DNA from: Glaucostegus cemiculus
Lineage: Eukaryota
DNA length: 64,000 nucleotides
Reading direction: 5' to 3'
Assembly (NCBI GenBank): GCA_976551045.1
Contig: CDPCPM010000050.1
Span: 12,028,001 to 12,092,000, forward strand
This document shows, in pieces, positions 26,817 to 38,899 of this stretch. Positions within the stretch are counted from its first letter, which is position 1; every line of letters begins with the position of its first letter. The position numbers and the translations under genes were made by a program. The notes beneath the pieces were generated by a model. It was not told where the DNA came from, made no database searches, and saw nothing but the letters and a program-made list of their open reading frames with translations.

Positions 26817-27521
26817 GTATCATCATATCATTGTTTACCGCCCCGGATTTACTTTATCCACACACCGTGGCCATCACGCCACTTATTTTTATTAGCTCTT
26901 GTGTTAAAAAAAATACTGCACTGGAGGCGAATATTTTACATTCTTATTTTATTTGCACACACAAACATTTTCATTTACTTCTGTATTACATTAAGAAATA
27001 TTTCGAAGGGACACTTAACACACAGGTGGTTTTCAAGAATTCGTGTTTAACGTTGATTACATGAAGAACGGTTTAGAGTGCACGGGCACGGCTGGGAGAA
27101 AGTAGGCACTATATGACCGCATTGCTATCATTGTTCAATGCCCGGGCTACGTCCTCGCAATCCGCTTGGTGCTTTGTCCGTGCCCATAACATTTACAGTT
27201 GGCGCTCCCTCGGATTCTTCCTAACCAAGTCAATTTCCTTATAACATCAATCTATCCGGCATGCAGCATGATGCCATTACACTTCGATTATCAAATTATG
27301 AAGCTTTATTGTCTATGGAAAAGCATTGAACTTTTCTGAGCATTCCGCATTAACATTATGTTCTTTGCAAAACATCGCGGGGAAGGGCATTGGTTTGATC
27401 AACAGAGATCATGCGGTCTCTCTGAACTGGTTTGCCCGATAATGCAATGTTCACGTGGGTAGGTGTGATTAAATGCATGTGCTATATTGCCATTAAAGAA
27501 CGGGCCATTGTTTCTTGCCAG

Positions 27522-27687
27522 GTCTGGTTTCAGAACAGGAGATCTAAGGAGAGGAGGATGAAGCAGTTGAGTGCCCTGGGCGCACGGCGGCACGCTTTCT
27601 TCCGAAGTCCCAGGCGCATGCGCCCTTTGGGAGGGCGGCTGGACGAATCGGAAATGATGGGGTCTGCTCCCTACAATTACTACGGAG
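27522..27687 (+). CDS. lhx5: Lhx5 coding exon 4 (homeodomain helix 3)
   Basis: Acceptor tttcttgccag|. Translates [55 protein letters not shown]. Donor G|gtactt, 166 nt. [10 protein letters not shown] is Lhx5-type. Confidence 0.97.
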
Positions 27688-30422
27688 GTACTTTCACAAC
27701 GTTCAACTTCCAAGACAGAATGCCTGCTTTTTAACGACGCAGTGTGCGTGCACAGCCTCCTTTATTCTCCTGATACTATAATGTTAACAGTTTTCTCCCA
27801 CTTCACCGAGATGCAAGATGTGCATCCCCTACTTTTTGTTTTGTTTTGCAATCAGAACGTCAACATTAAACATGTTGGACAGGCCCTTTTGTAAGCCGCC
27901 TGCAAAGGAGGCTCCTGTTATTTTATCAGACGGGACACGTTTCTGAATACAGGGCCGCCTCCTTTCTCGAAATTATATTTCCTGTGCAACCGCGCCAATT
28001 TGCAAGAAAAAAAAAGGAAAATTATGTCTTTCTGCAAAGTGTAATAGTTTCCAAGTCTTAAATATAATCCACAGATCACTTTGGGGACAGGACAGCGCGG
28101 GTGTGCGTTAGTCATGTTGCGTTGCGTTGCGTGAGTCATCTGTTTGTGTCATGTCCATCTCCCTTCACCGGGAATTATTTTCGTGATCCCCGACAATAAT
28201 CTAAAGGGTTCGCTGAAACGGTTAATGCGTTCATTTTGGCGAGCCGTCCGGCCCACTCTAGATGTAAGCCAAGTGTTCATTTGATAGCCGCCTGGTTTAC
28301 GCCTTGTACCTTGGTAGGATCCGACCTAAGGTGCTCGGTTGCTATGACTTTCCCACTCGTTTTGTGGCATCTGCACGGGTATTGAGTGAATGATCGCAGC
28401 CTGTTGAGCTCTTTAATCCCCCCCTGTAAGAGATTCCGCTCCGGCGCTGGCCAAGTTGCGCCCGATAAAGCAATGCATTGTGATGAAGCTGTCTTTTTGA
28501 AGAGAAGCCTAACCCATTCAGCCTGCACTTTCTCTTGTGTTTCCGCGAACAAAGCTACAGCTGCAGTCTTTTGTCGGTTATTCACCCAGGATTTGTTCCA
28601 ATTACCTCGAACTCTTCGAGCATATGGAGGGTCACTTGCAGAGCGCCACGACTCTGCTCTTTGCCGTTTGCTGCAGCCTTCTGCTTCCAGATTTAAAACA
28701 GCATCTTCACTAAATTAACGTTTCACAATTCTTGGCCAAGGGAATCTGGTCATTTTATTCTAAGTACGCCTTTCTTAAATAGTTAAAGAAGTTCCCAAAT
28801 CTGTCTGGCTCTATTAACTGCACTCATATTAATATCATTGTATTTTGACTGCGGTAGCGCAGTTAATGCAACAAGTTAACGTTGCTTTGTAATAGAAAGA
28901 CCGTTCCAACTACACAGATCATCGCAAAAATGTTTTATTGATACTTCCATAAATTACAATACCTTAGTTGGAACAGACTATTATTTTCTATCAATTCTGT
29001 TATAAATCCCATGCTATGTTGTGGAATATCAAAATATTTGTAGCCATAACAACAAAGGATCAACGCCTTATAACTTGTCGATATGACACTGGCGACATTG
29101 TTCTAGGCAAACCAGAGACTTTACGTTATTGGGTACCTCAACTTTATGAATCAGAATTTGATGTCAGTGTATGGAATCATATTCGTCACCTATTTCCTAA
29201 TGGTGCAAATGTTAGGGATGCTTCAGGTAGGATGAAAACCTTATTGCAACACGCAATATCCAGTTGGCGTACATAAGGAATTGTATGTTTGACTAGATTC
29301 AATTGGCATGAATAGTATTGACCACTGTGAAATACAAACACTATTTTCCTCAGTTTGTTTATAAACTTTCAGCAAACTTGTCCAGTATTTAAAAAATCGC
29401 ATCTCTAAGAACAATAAATCGAACTAAGCATCAACAGGTCTCAAATAGAAATTACGCATTGTATCATTTTGGAATCTATCTTCAGATTTTACACTTTCGT
29501 GCACAAAAATAGATAGTATAGATAAATGGACAGCGAGACCACATGAGCTAAAACATTTACATTAGTCTAGACATAATATAATGCGTTATATAACTAGGAA
29601 GTATTTCATTGGCTACTGAAGCTTAAATTGACATCTTCTGACGTTTACCAAAAGTAGTCATTGTTCCTAAAATGATTCATACAAATGAAGCTTACGTTAA
29701 TATTACAATGTTTGCTTTAGCAATCGGCTTTTCTAGCACAAGAACCAAAGTTTATTTTGTAATGAGGAAGCCAATCGACTGTTATTATAAGGTACTGAAC
29801 ACTGGTTAAAGAGATAATTTTAATTAATGAGCAGGAAATCACAAATCCTGTTTGTTCTGACTGTGTAGAAATATGAGGCAGAAAAGGAAGAACACAATTC
29901 TCACTTTATGAAAATTCAAAAGATACAAATGTTGTCTTTTCTTCCCCCCCCCCCCCAAGGAATTCCAAAACGCGTCATGCAGGAACTGTTTATAAACTAA
30001 AGTTCACTTGGATGGTCCTTGGATTTTGCATGGCGACCAAAACCGGAAAACTGAGGCCTGTTCCAAAGTGTTGTTAAAGAAAAGTCAGCGTCATATTTTT
30101 GAGCTGCACTTGCAAGTTACAGCATGAACGCCACACTCCTGAGAGTGCAGTGAGTGGGATTTAGTTGTCGGTTTGATGGATGAGGTGCAACAAAGCCCTC
30201 ACTAGACAACTATGTCAAGCCACTGTAGTTTAACTGCGAGTAATATTTTGAGCAGAATTCATATTACATTCTTCTGCATTATATTTTTGAATTAAAAGTT
30301 ACAATGGTTGGTGGCGTGGGGAGAAATACTCCCGAATATAAGCTACATCTATCTGCATGTCCATGAAATGAATTGGAATTTTATTGCAAAAGCTAAACTG
30401 CTGTTTTTTCCGTCTTATGCAG

Positions 30423-30808
30423 AGTATCAAGGAGACTACTACGGTCCAGCTGCAAATTATGACTTTTTCCCGCACGGTCCACCGTCCTCTCAAGCACATT
30501 CGCCGGCAGATTCCGGCTACATGCAGTCCTCAGGACCTGGAGCAACCTCACTCGGAGTACTCGAGCCTCCCCTTTCTGGCCACCACCCTCCCACTATCGG
30601 TGGCAGCGAAAACCAAAGGTACACGGACATGATTTCCCACCCTGACACCCCGAGCCCTGAGCCAGGTATGACCGGACCTCTGCACCCGATCCCGGGCGAA
30701 GTGTTCAGCGGAGGACCCAGCCCGCCTTTCTCAATGTCCAGTAACAGCGGCTACAGCGGGCCGCTATCACATCCGAGTCAGGAGATGAACGAGACTGCGG
30801 TGTGGTAA
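30423..30808 (+). CDS. lhx5: Lhx5 coding exon 5 (Pro/Ser/Gly-rich C-terminus)
   Basis: Acceptor ttttttccgtcttatgcag|. Translates [25 protein letters not shown]...[10 protein letters not shown]...EMNETAVW then TAA, 386 nt. Total CDS 1224 nt is in frame. Confidence 0.97.
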
Positions 30809-30914
30809 ACGCGGAGCAGCCCACAGTGGATCCACGCGGCTCGCCTCCCGGACCAGTGCGGAGACCCGCCCCACTCTGGCATTAGGTGACTGAACTTGCT
30901 GCTCTTTGGGACCG

Positions 30915-30915
<1 letters not shown>

Positions 30916-30958
<43 letters not shown>

Positions 30959-30964
30959 ACACAC
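30916..30964 (+). repeat. (CA)n microsatellite in the lhx5 3' UTR
   Basis: About 24 CA units with one interruption, followed by a C-rich tract to about 31031. Confidence 0.95.
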
Positions 30965-31299
30965 CCCTTCCCCACGTCCCCTCCCCTCTCCCCCATCCCC
31001 CATCCCTTTCCCACCCTCCCCTCCCTCTCCCAAGCCCGCAGAGGCAGAGATGAAGTGACCGACTGCCAAGTCAGCGACACCATCTCACTGCAAGTGCCCT
31101 CAAGAGCAGAGAGGGGAGGAGGTTGGTGTTTGCGCACGCGTACTCGGTGCTGCGGAGAAGGCGGCACGTCCGACATGCGCAGTAAACTCTGGGAGAGAAG
31201 CGGCCTCTGCTGCCCCACCGGAGCTGTGGCGGCGCCGCTCCGCAGTAAGTGGGGAGAAGGCACTGGGTATTAATAGTTACTGATTCTGTTGTTAATGTG

Positions 31300-31523
31300 A
31301 ATAAAGGTCGTTTTAGTTTCCACCCGCCATCATCTGACAATCCATGTTTCCATGAGTCATAGGAAAAGAACCTGGCATCGATGATGACAATCACTTTTAG
31401 TGCTTTGGGTAGTTAGTTCCCATCCCACCGCCCCAGACATTCCCGCGGGACATCTTTTTAATTTCTTTAATTAACTGTAAAATTGTCACCATTGATGTTA
31501 AAAAAAAGTAAAACTTGAATAAA
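31300..31523 (+). terminator. Candidate lhx5 polyadenylation signals (AATAAA at 31300-31305 and 31518-31523)
   Basis: First canonical hexamers after the stop codon, each followed by T/GT-rich sequence. Which one is used is unknown. Confidence 0.5.
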
Positions 31524-34500
31524 TATCTTTTTTTTTACAAAGAGTGAATAGAAACCTTTATTTCGGGAGTGTTTCATTATGAACAATTGTAATGCAAAGT
31601 GTGCTGGGGTGATGAGATTTGTGATTAAATGTGTGCTCGTCACACATAGCATAGAACAACTGGGGTTCGTTGCTGCCAGCCAGAACAGATCACAGGGTTG
31701 CTACCTTGCTCTAGACGAGGTATGCCATGGTTATAAATTAAATATCAGATACATCACGTATCATGATATATCAGAACTTCTATCATTAGAACATGTAGCT
31801 TTAGTACACAAAGTTGTAGGGTACAGTTCAGTGGATATTGATGGCAACTGATTGGAATGGCAACTAAACCCTTGAAACCCTTGAAGCTGTATTCAGCCAA
31901 GCTGCTATTTTACAATCTATAATCATACCTGCTCTCTCTCTCTCTTCCTTTCTCTCAGACACAGCAAGAGAGTCCTCAATCCCATCTCATTACTTCACTG
32001 CATGTTATCAAAATGAAATAAATAAGAATACACAATAATTCTGCATAATGCTAATGCATAACTTTAGGTGGTTAAATATCAAGGTTTTATATCTACATGC
32101 CATATATGTGTGTGTGATTGGGAATGGCATTGCTGATGTCTTTTATAAATATATCGCAATTTGACCTTAGTTTTCGTGAAAGTTTGCTAAATTAAAAGAC
32201 TGCAAAAGTGTGGGCTGACAAGAGCGAATTTCTATTGGAGTTGGTAAAAAAAAAACTCCCACTTTCCATGCTAATCATATGCTGCGATTCTAACAAATTA
32301 ATTCCAAGGCTTCGTCTTGCATCTATTGTACGAATCACTAAATTGTCTTAAACGTTAGGATAGCTCAGGAATTGAACACAATCTACTGAAATCTCATTCA
32401 ATCAGCATACCCGAAGCACTTTTTTTTTTTGGTTACCTGACTTTTTTAAAAAAAATACAAGTTAAAAGGTGGTAGAGAGCAGAATTATCGGTTAATTAAA
32501 GTATCGCCCCCAGTAAGAGTTTTAAACAGCGCGGGTAAAGGGTCTCTCCTGAGAAATAATTATATGACGAGAGACGGCTGCAAGTTTTCTCTTCCGATAT
32601 TATCAGGTTTTTTTCCACAGATCCATTCTGCTGAAAAGGAAATTTCCCTGACGTGATGTATAACTAATAATATTTTTTTAAGAACTGAAATAATATGACT
32701 GCCCATTGTGAATGTAATTTTTAGTCACAGTGCGGAATAAAACGCCTGTTTAATTTAAAGATGCAGTTCAGAGGCCAACTGCCAACAGCGCCTTGTTGTC
32801 ACCATTAACATAATCGTTTTACTGATATTTCTTCACATGACGTATATTTAATATTTTAGTGTAATTTCCTTCAGAATCTTTGCAATCCAGTTTCCAGTTG
32901 GACGCATTCATTGTAAGTGTTTAAGCTGTGTTGGGTTTATCATCAATGAGCCATCAATCAAATGAACCCCAATGGTGTGTATGAAAAGGGAATACGCGAT
33001 AAGCTTTATGAAGACTAATGACTTAAATGTACATTATCCAAGTGTCGCATAAATGATTTGACCCCAAGTTTACAGGGGAAACCCCAACCTTTAAATGGCT
33101 GATTTCTGTTAGCTGCTTGGGCATTTCAGTAAGTCAACAGTACACCTTAACTTTAATCTGTAAATTTATGCAAATCCTTTTGCACCATGTAGTCAGGAAC
33201 AGGTCCATAATTGGACGCCTTAATACAACGACATTAATGATATCATGTTTTGGTCTGAAGGTAAATACCAACTATTTGCTTCAAGTTATTAACTGTTCAA
33301 ACTATAATATTCCAACTTGAAAGAGTCACATATATTATGTGGAAAGATGCAGAATAAATTCCCTATAAAAAGTAAAATGCAAGTAAAAGCAAATGTTGAC
33401 ACAAACGTTATTGTTTCCAGTTTGATTTCCAAAATGGTGACAATCTCTGAATCGGATTCCACTTTCAGGCCACACACGTGTGCTTGCCTTTTGATGCCGA
33501 TTTGAAGTTATGTTTACCGGTGCCTCTCCTAGGTTTAAGCCGAGATTCTGCTCACCAGGTGCTCAGAGTCACGCAGAGTCAAGCAGATAGTCCCAAAGAA
33601 AGGCTTCACCATTTGGTACGACCTTGACTGTTTTCATTGATTGAAAACCACTATAACTGCTTTTTTCTGTATTTGTGTCATGTGGCAGAACGGGTGTGGT
33701 AAAGGGGGTATATGAGTAAGCCTGTATGTGTGAGATAGGAGATAAACGATACCAGTGTCTACTCTGAACGTCCTCTATTCGAGTGTGCTTTAGTTCACGC
33801 ACAGTGTAATATGTTTTTGTTGTGTAAACTGTGCGTATATTGTCTGCATTTGTACATGTGTGTGCACTATAACTGTTCGTACCGGTGAGCACTTTGTATA
33901 TTTACGTGTACAGTGACTACAAACTGTGCGCTTGCGCGTGTTTTGAAGAGGCAGCGGATACGTTTTAAGCTTTCGGTGAAAAATAGCAGGATTCAGTTTT
34001 GTCGACTTTCTATAATTAATGACCTCAGTTGTAATAGGATTTTGCAGCCTTTGGCACTGACTGGAAACACCTTTTTGCATAAGATGTAGCATACAATAGG
34101 GAGCTGCCTCTTGATTTATGGGTTCCTACTCAGGAATGAATCTCCCGGGTAGCTGGCCAGCAAAATTCATCAGAAAAGACACACACGGCTTTTGTGTGCA
34201 TTTTTTCCCCGCAGATACCTGAACATTGATACCCACTTGGACTAGAAAGGCAAATGAGATAGGCAGAAACAAAAGTATTTGCCGATATTAATAGTATTAT
34301 AGTTTTTATTTGCAATTTATATTGCAAGCTGGAGTCTTAACAAGGAGGAGGTACTCACCTGAACCTGTATCAGTCGCTTGTGTTTTGTGTTCCAGCTGTT
34401 ACACCACTATGCATTAATCAAATGCAAATCCAAAAAAGGTCATTTGTAACGCCTAAAGGCTGGTTTAAATTCCCCAATATCCCTACTCCTGGGCCGCTGA

Positions 34501-36504
34501 TAGAACTATATTGAAATTTATAGCAAATAAAATTATCCCCCTCTTGGTTGGAGTTCTGTAATTATATTTCTGACATTCCCTTAAAAGTATCTGCAGTCTG
34601 AACTCGGGTTTAAGTCCCCCCTCCACCCCTCCAAAAAAAAAGTTTTCCTTTGTTGAATTCACTGCATAAATAGACCTAAGTGTGACCGGCTCTTGGTTAC
34701 AGGAAAATATTATACTTCACCACGTTTGTGCTCTGCACTTCCGATTTATTTATTATATCTACTGGATATATGGTGAAAAATATAATTTTACCTGAAGCTG
34801 CTTTTCACACAACCCATCTGAAACTATTGAAAATTGTCCGCTTATAAAAGGCACCTCTTTGGTTTGCATTGTAGTCGCGTATCTGTGATGCGTTTGTATC
34901 TTCAAGTATGGTAAATAAGATAGATGGTAATATCATGCCGGTCCTCTCATGAAAGGAGAGTGCATGTCGGTGAAGTAGCTATTCAATGTTTTCAAAAGCT
35001 TCATATTTTGGTGTTAATAGCAAATGTAACAGTGAAATTCACTACCTCTATACTTAGATAGGCCATCGCGGCCTTGTATGGTGATTCAAGCAGCTCATTG
35101 GTTTTCCGTGTTGAGTTTTGGTGGAGGTACAGGGGATCTAAGCGGTCTTTTTTTTTGGTGCTTTTTCTGGTGTATACCATGTACAGCCCGGTCAGCATAA
35201 CTAGGATAGATAGATCCCGTTTGTTCAATAATGTTAAGAGAGAGTAATTTGTGTGCACGTGGTGCAAGGGCCGACTCTGCTGTCGTTAAAAGTAAGCTCG
35301 TAATAAGTCGTGGGTAGGATGTACCACTGGCCCAGCCGTAGTCTATTGGACGGCCACAGTGTGGAGGAGCTAATTCAGTAGTGGGATAGACCATTTCCTG
35401 TTTGTTTGGGGTGTTTGTTTGCTATATGTTGATTGATTCGATCCGTGCAGGTCAGCACAAAGTACTGTGGATAATAAATCATGTAATTATGGCGGATTTT
35501 ATGGTGAAGCAAATACCAGAGTCCCCATTAATCATTGGTAATTGTTAACTCAGAAAGTTAATGCTTGGATAACCGGGCAGCCCGGGCACTTCAACGAGAG
35601 TAATTCTCTCACTTATATAGTATTTAGTCAACATTGTGGGAATTTATTTCTCGGAAAAAAAAATCCTCTCGTGTTGTTTATAAAGTTCAGCTGCAAAAAA
35701 AAACCCAGAACTGAACACTACGATCTAATTTTGTAATTAATTAAAATGTTTTACGGGACTGGAAAAATTCGTTTCTCCATTGAATAGTTTGACCCACTAA
35801 CTATTGTATGAGCTTTTCAATCTATTCACGTCGATATGAGTCGCAAAAACAAACGTGGCTTTAAAAAGTGTTTACATGATATGGAAACATGCAACTAAAT
35901 CGACTTACTGGAAAGTCAAAAGGAGAGAATTCCAATTCCTTATGCGTTTCTTAATAAAGCAAATCATAGTGGTGATAAATTAAACAACGCCTTATTTCTG
36001 ACACCAGAGTTGATTCTTCATTGTATTGTTGGATAATGTATAACGTCAAAAAATGTAGATCATAGGCAGCAACAGCAAGTGGCCGTTCGGAAAAAAATCA
36101 GTTCCTTTCCCCTTTGACAATCAATTCAAAAGATTAATTGGCAGAGGTGTAAAAGAGGAAATTAAGACAATTCGAGAAGCCAGGAGCTTTAACCGATAAA
36201 GAAATGGTGGAAAATAAGTTATGTTTCTAAATGATTCCTGAAGTTATGTTTTACAAAATTTATGGGCACGTCAGAATTTTTGCAGATCAAACTTTAACAC
36301 ATACTAAGTATCACAATGCCTGCAGCATTAATAAAATATGTTGTTGCTTGTTTCACAAACAGTGCTTTATTTCATCCAGACCCAGTCGTGGACGGTAAAC
36401 TATGGCGATCGTGGAGACTTCAAGGCCACTCGGCCAGCAAAGCTACACTAGCAGAGTCATAACCTTCTGAGAGATTCCATGTCTCTGTCTCCGAGAATGT
36501 AGTG

Positions 36505-36525
36505 TGCAGGACCACGGACAGCTCC
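36505..36525 (+). promoter_or_regulatory. RE1/NRSE (REST-binding) element candidate
   Basis: TGCAGGACCACGGACAGCTCC versus consensus TTCAGCACCACGGACAGCGCC: 18/21 with canonical half-site spacing. Confidence 0.65.
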
Positions 36526-37405
36526 CACGGCCCGAGATATACTGATAACTTACGCAATGTATCAGTTCACGACGCCACCAGAACATAGAACATAGAACAG
36601 TACAGCAAAGACGACTCTTTCGCAAAGTACCATTTCCATCCAACCACCTTTGGGGGGAAAAAAAGATCATTGTGATTTGGTTATATTAGATTAAGTCTCT
36701 CACGCTTCAATGCACTTGTTTAGCATTTTTTTTGCGGGCCATTTTATCAGACTTGATAAACAGTGCATTTGGCCAAATCCGGTGCAGTAGTCTAGTTCAA
36801 AGTTTGGAGCATAAATCTGAAATTGAAATAGCGAATTTCCTCCAGTCGGCTTATTTTGTCGACAAGATTACATGCAGGAAATGCATAAAGTGAACCGCAA
36901 CACGATAGTGTAGTCCATGTTTGCGTGGATTGATACGGAACATGTGTGAGGTTTCTTCCATGTTTACCTTTTGGTCAGCGCAGCGATTAAATTGGGTGAA
37001 AGTACAGAGGTAATTGATTGGCGGCAATTATCTGTTCAGAACTAGAAAGGGTTCCAATAACAAAGTTCAGCCTGACAATATCATGACAGCAAGGTTTGAG
37101 ATTCAATGATCAAAATTGATAAATAGTTTCTCTGGGTCGTTCCTCCATGTTCTCTCTGGCTCCCTCTCTCTGAGGAAGCTCGACTAAAAATGATACCAAC
37201 TCCCAACGTTGCAAACTGTTTCGATATGCCAGTGCCATTTTAGCGAGGAACTTATCCATCTTATAATTATGCATGTGCGAGGCCATTCTGACATCACCTG
37301 GTACAAGTGGCTTATAGTGCCAGTCCATTGTGAGCCACGGAATAAAAACTGCGGAGTCGTCCACTAAAACATTCCTGGGCACTTTACAAACATTGAATGT
37401 AAGTT

Positions 37406-37608
37406 AAAATATTGCAGATGCTGGAAATGCGAAATAAAGCAGATCTTGCTGGAAACACTCAGCAGATCAGGCGACATCTGTGAAAGGAGAAATTGAGGTT
37501 AACGTCTCAAAGACCCTTCATTGTTCGAGATGAAACATTAACCTCTATTTCTTATTCCACAGATGCAACCTGATCTGCTGAGTGTTTCCAACATTTTTTG
37601 TTTTTAGA
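37406..37608. mobile_element. Penelope-derived foldback element (63-nt inverted arms)
   Basis: Arms 37447-37509 and 37531-37593 are reverse complements (about 53/63 by hand), with a 21-nt loop. Confidence 0.85.
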
Positions 37609-38899
37609 TTATAAGTATTTGTGAGATATTTGCATGTCATCTGCAAACAATGAAAGATAAGCAGAGAAAAGCTGCATTCTACATTTATATCCTTCCGTTC
37701 AGAAGTTTTCTTTGATAGGGAACAAGTGTTAGTCTTATAAGCACCAATCCAGACATTACAGTATTCTGGGCAAACTACAGTTGAAGAATCTCTTGCTGCT
37801 TGCCATTCTGCCCGTCAGTGATCAGATCTGGATGGAGTTCACAGTTGAATATCTACTTTTCATCAAGCCAGCAACTAAATCACTGTATTCATGCCAAGGG
37901 TGCAGTGTGAATAAAGCCTCAGAGTTTATGAGAGCACTGTTTTAGTTTGAAGATAAAATGCAATCTTAAATCAGCAAAAATAGAGAGTAGTTTTAACATA
38001 TGTTTTCATTATCAAAGTAGGGATTTATAATTATAAATTAAACTGTTGCTCATATAATAGAGAATAGGCGATTGGACAGTTATATGAGATATAACTTCAC
38101 CTGGCTGCTCTTTTAAGAACCTTCAATGTATAAATATCAGACTATTAATCAAATATGTGTTAAGACTAGATGCTATTAATGTCTTATTTATTTAGAATCT
38201 GTTAATATAAAATCCACGGAAAGTATAGAAAAATTGCACCACGTTGTCAACACTTTACATAAGATGAAAGATTAGGACAAATATGGCATAAGAATTCATT
38301 CTACATAATGGTGCACCCCCTCTCCTCAGCACAAACAGTCAGGCTCTTCCATAATTATGTAGAGAGAACACCAAAAGAATTTTAAAGTCTATTATAACAT
38401 TTGAATAAGATTCCTCTCTTGCTCTTGGACCTTTATGTGAAATTGGTTTGCCCAGAGCTTGAATTGCCTTGTGATAAACTTACTTAGCAGATCAAGGGAT
38501 TAATAGGCAGATGAATTCTAAGGGCAGATATGTTTAAGGAGCTCATTCACAGCTATTGTTGGTCTGACTCTTTGCACAGATGATTGATCTGGCTGCTCTT
38601 TGTTGCTGCCTATTTTCTTCCTTACAACTGAATTGTGACTTCTACTAACAACTACTTTTCTAATACTGGACTGGAACTGTTTGCCTTCAAAATATTTTTA
38701 TTGAAATCATGAATGTTCCACTAAGTCTGCCTTTGGGAGCTGAAGATAGGAGGATTGGGTGGAGGTGGTGTGGAATGAGTGCCACCAAGAGGAGAAGCAG
38801 CTGGGAGAAGAGGGTGGGGTACTATAAAGGCAGCCATGCCCACAGGAGGTCAACAGGGAGAACTTCCATTCCACAGAAAAGCAACATGTCAGGTGCCAT

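Noticed and set aside
23554-30808. Calling the gene lhx1
   Set aside because: The linker ([24 protein letters not shown]), [10 protein letters not shown] and [10 protein letters not shown]...[12 protein letters not shown] match Lhx5.
30767-31394. ORFs with CVCVCV/THTHTH runs
   Set aside because: Translations of the (CA)n microsatellite and the GC-rich 3' UTR.
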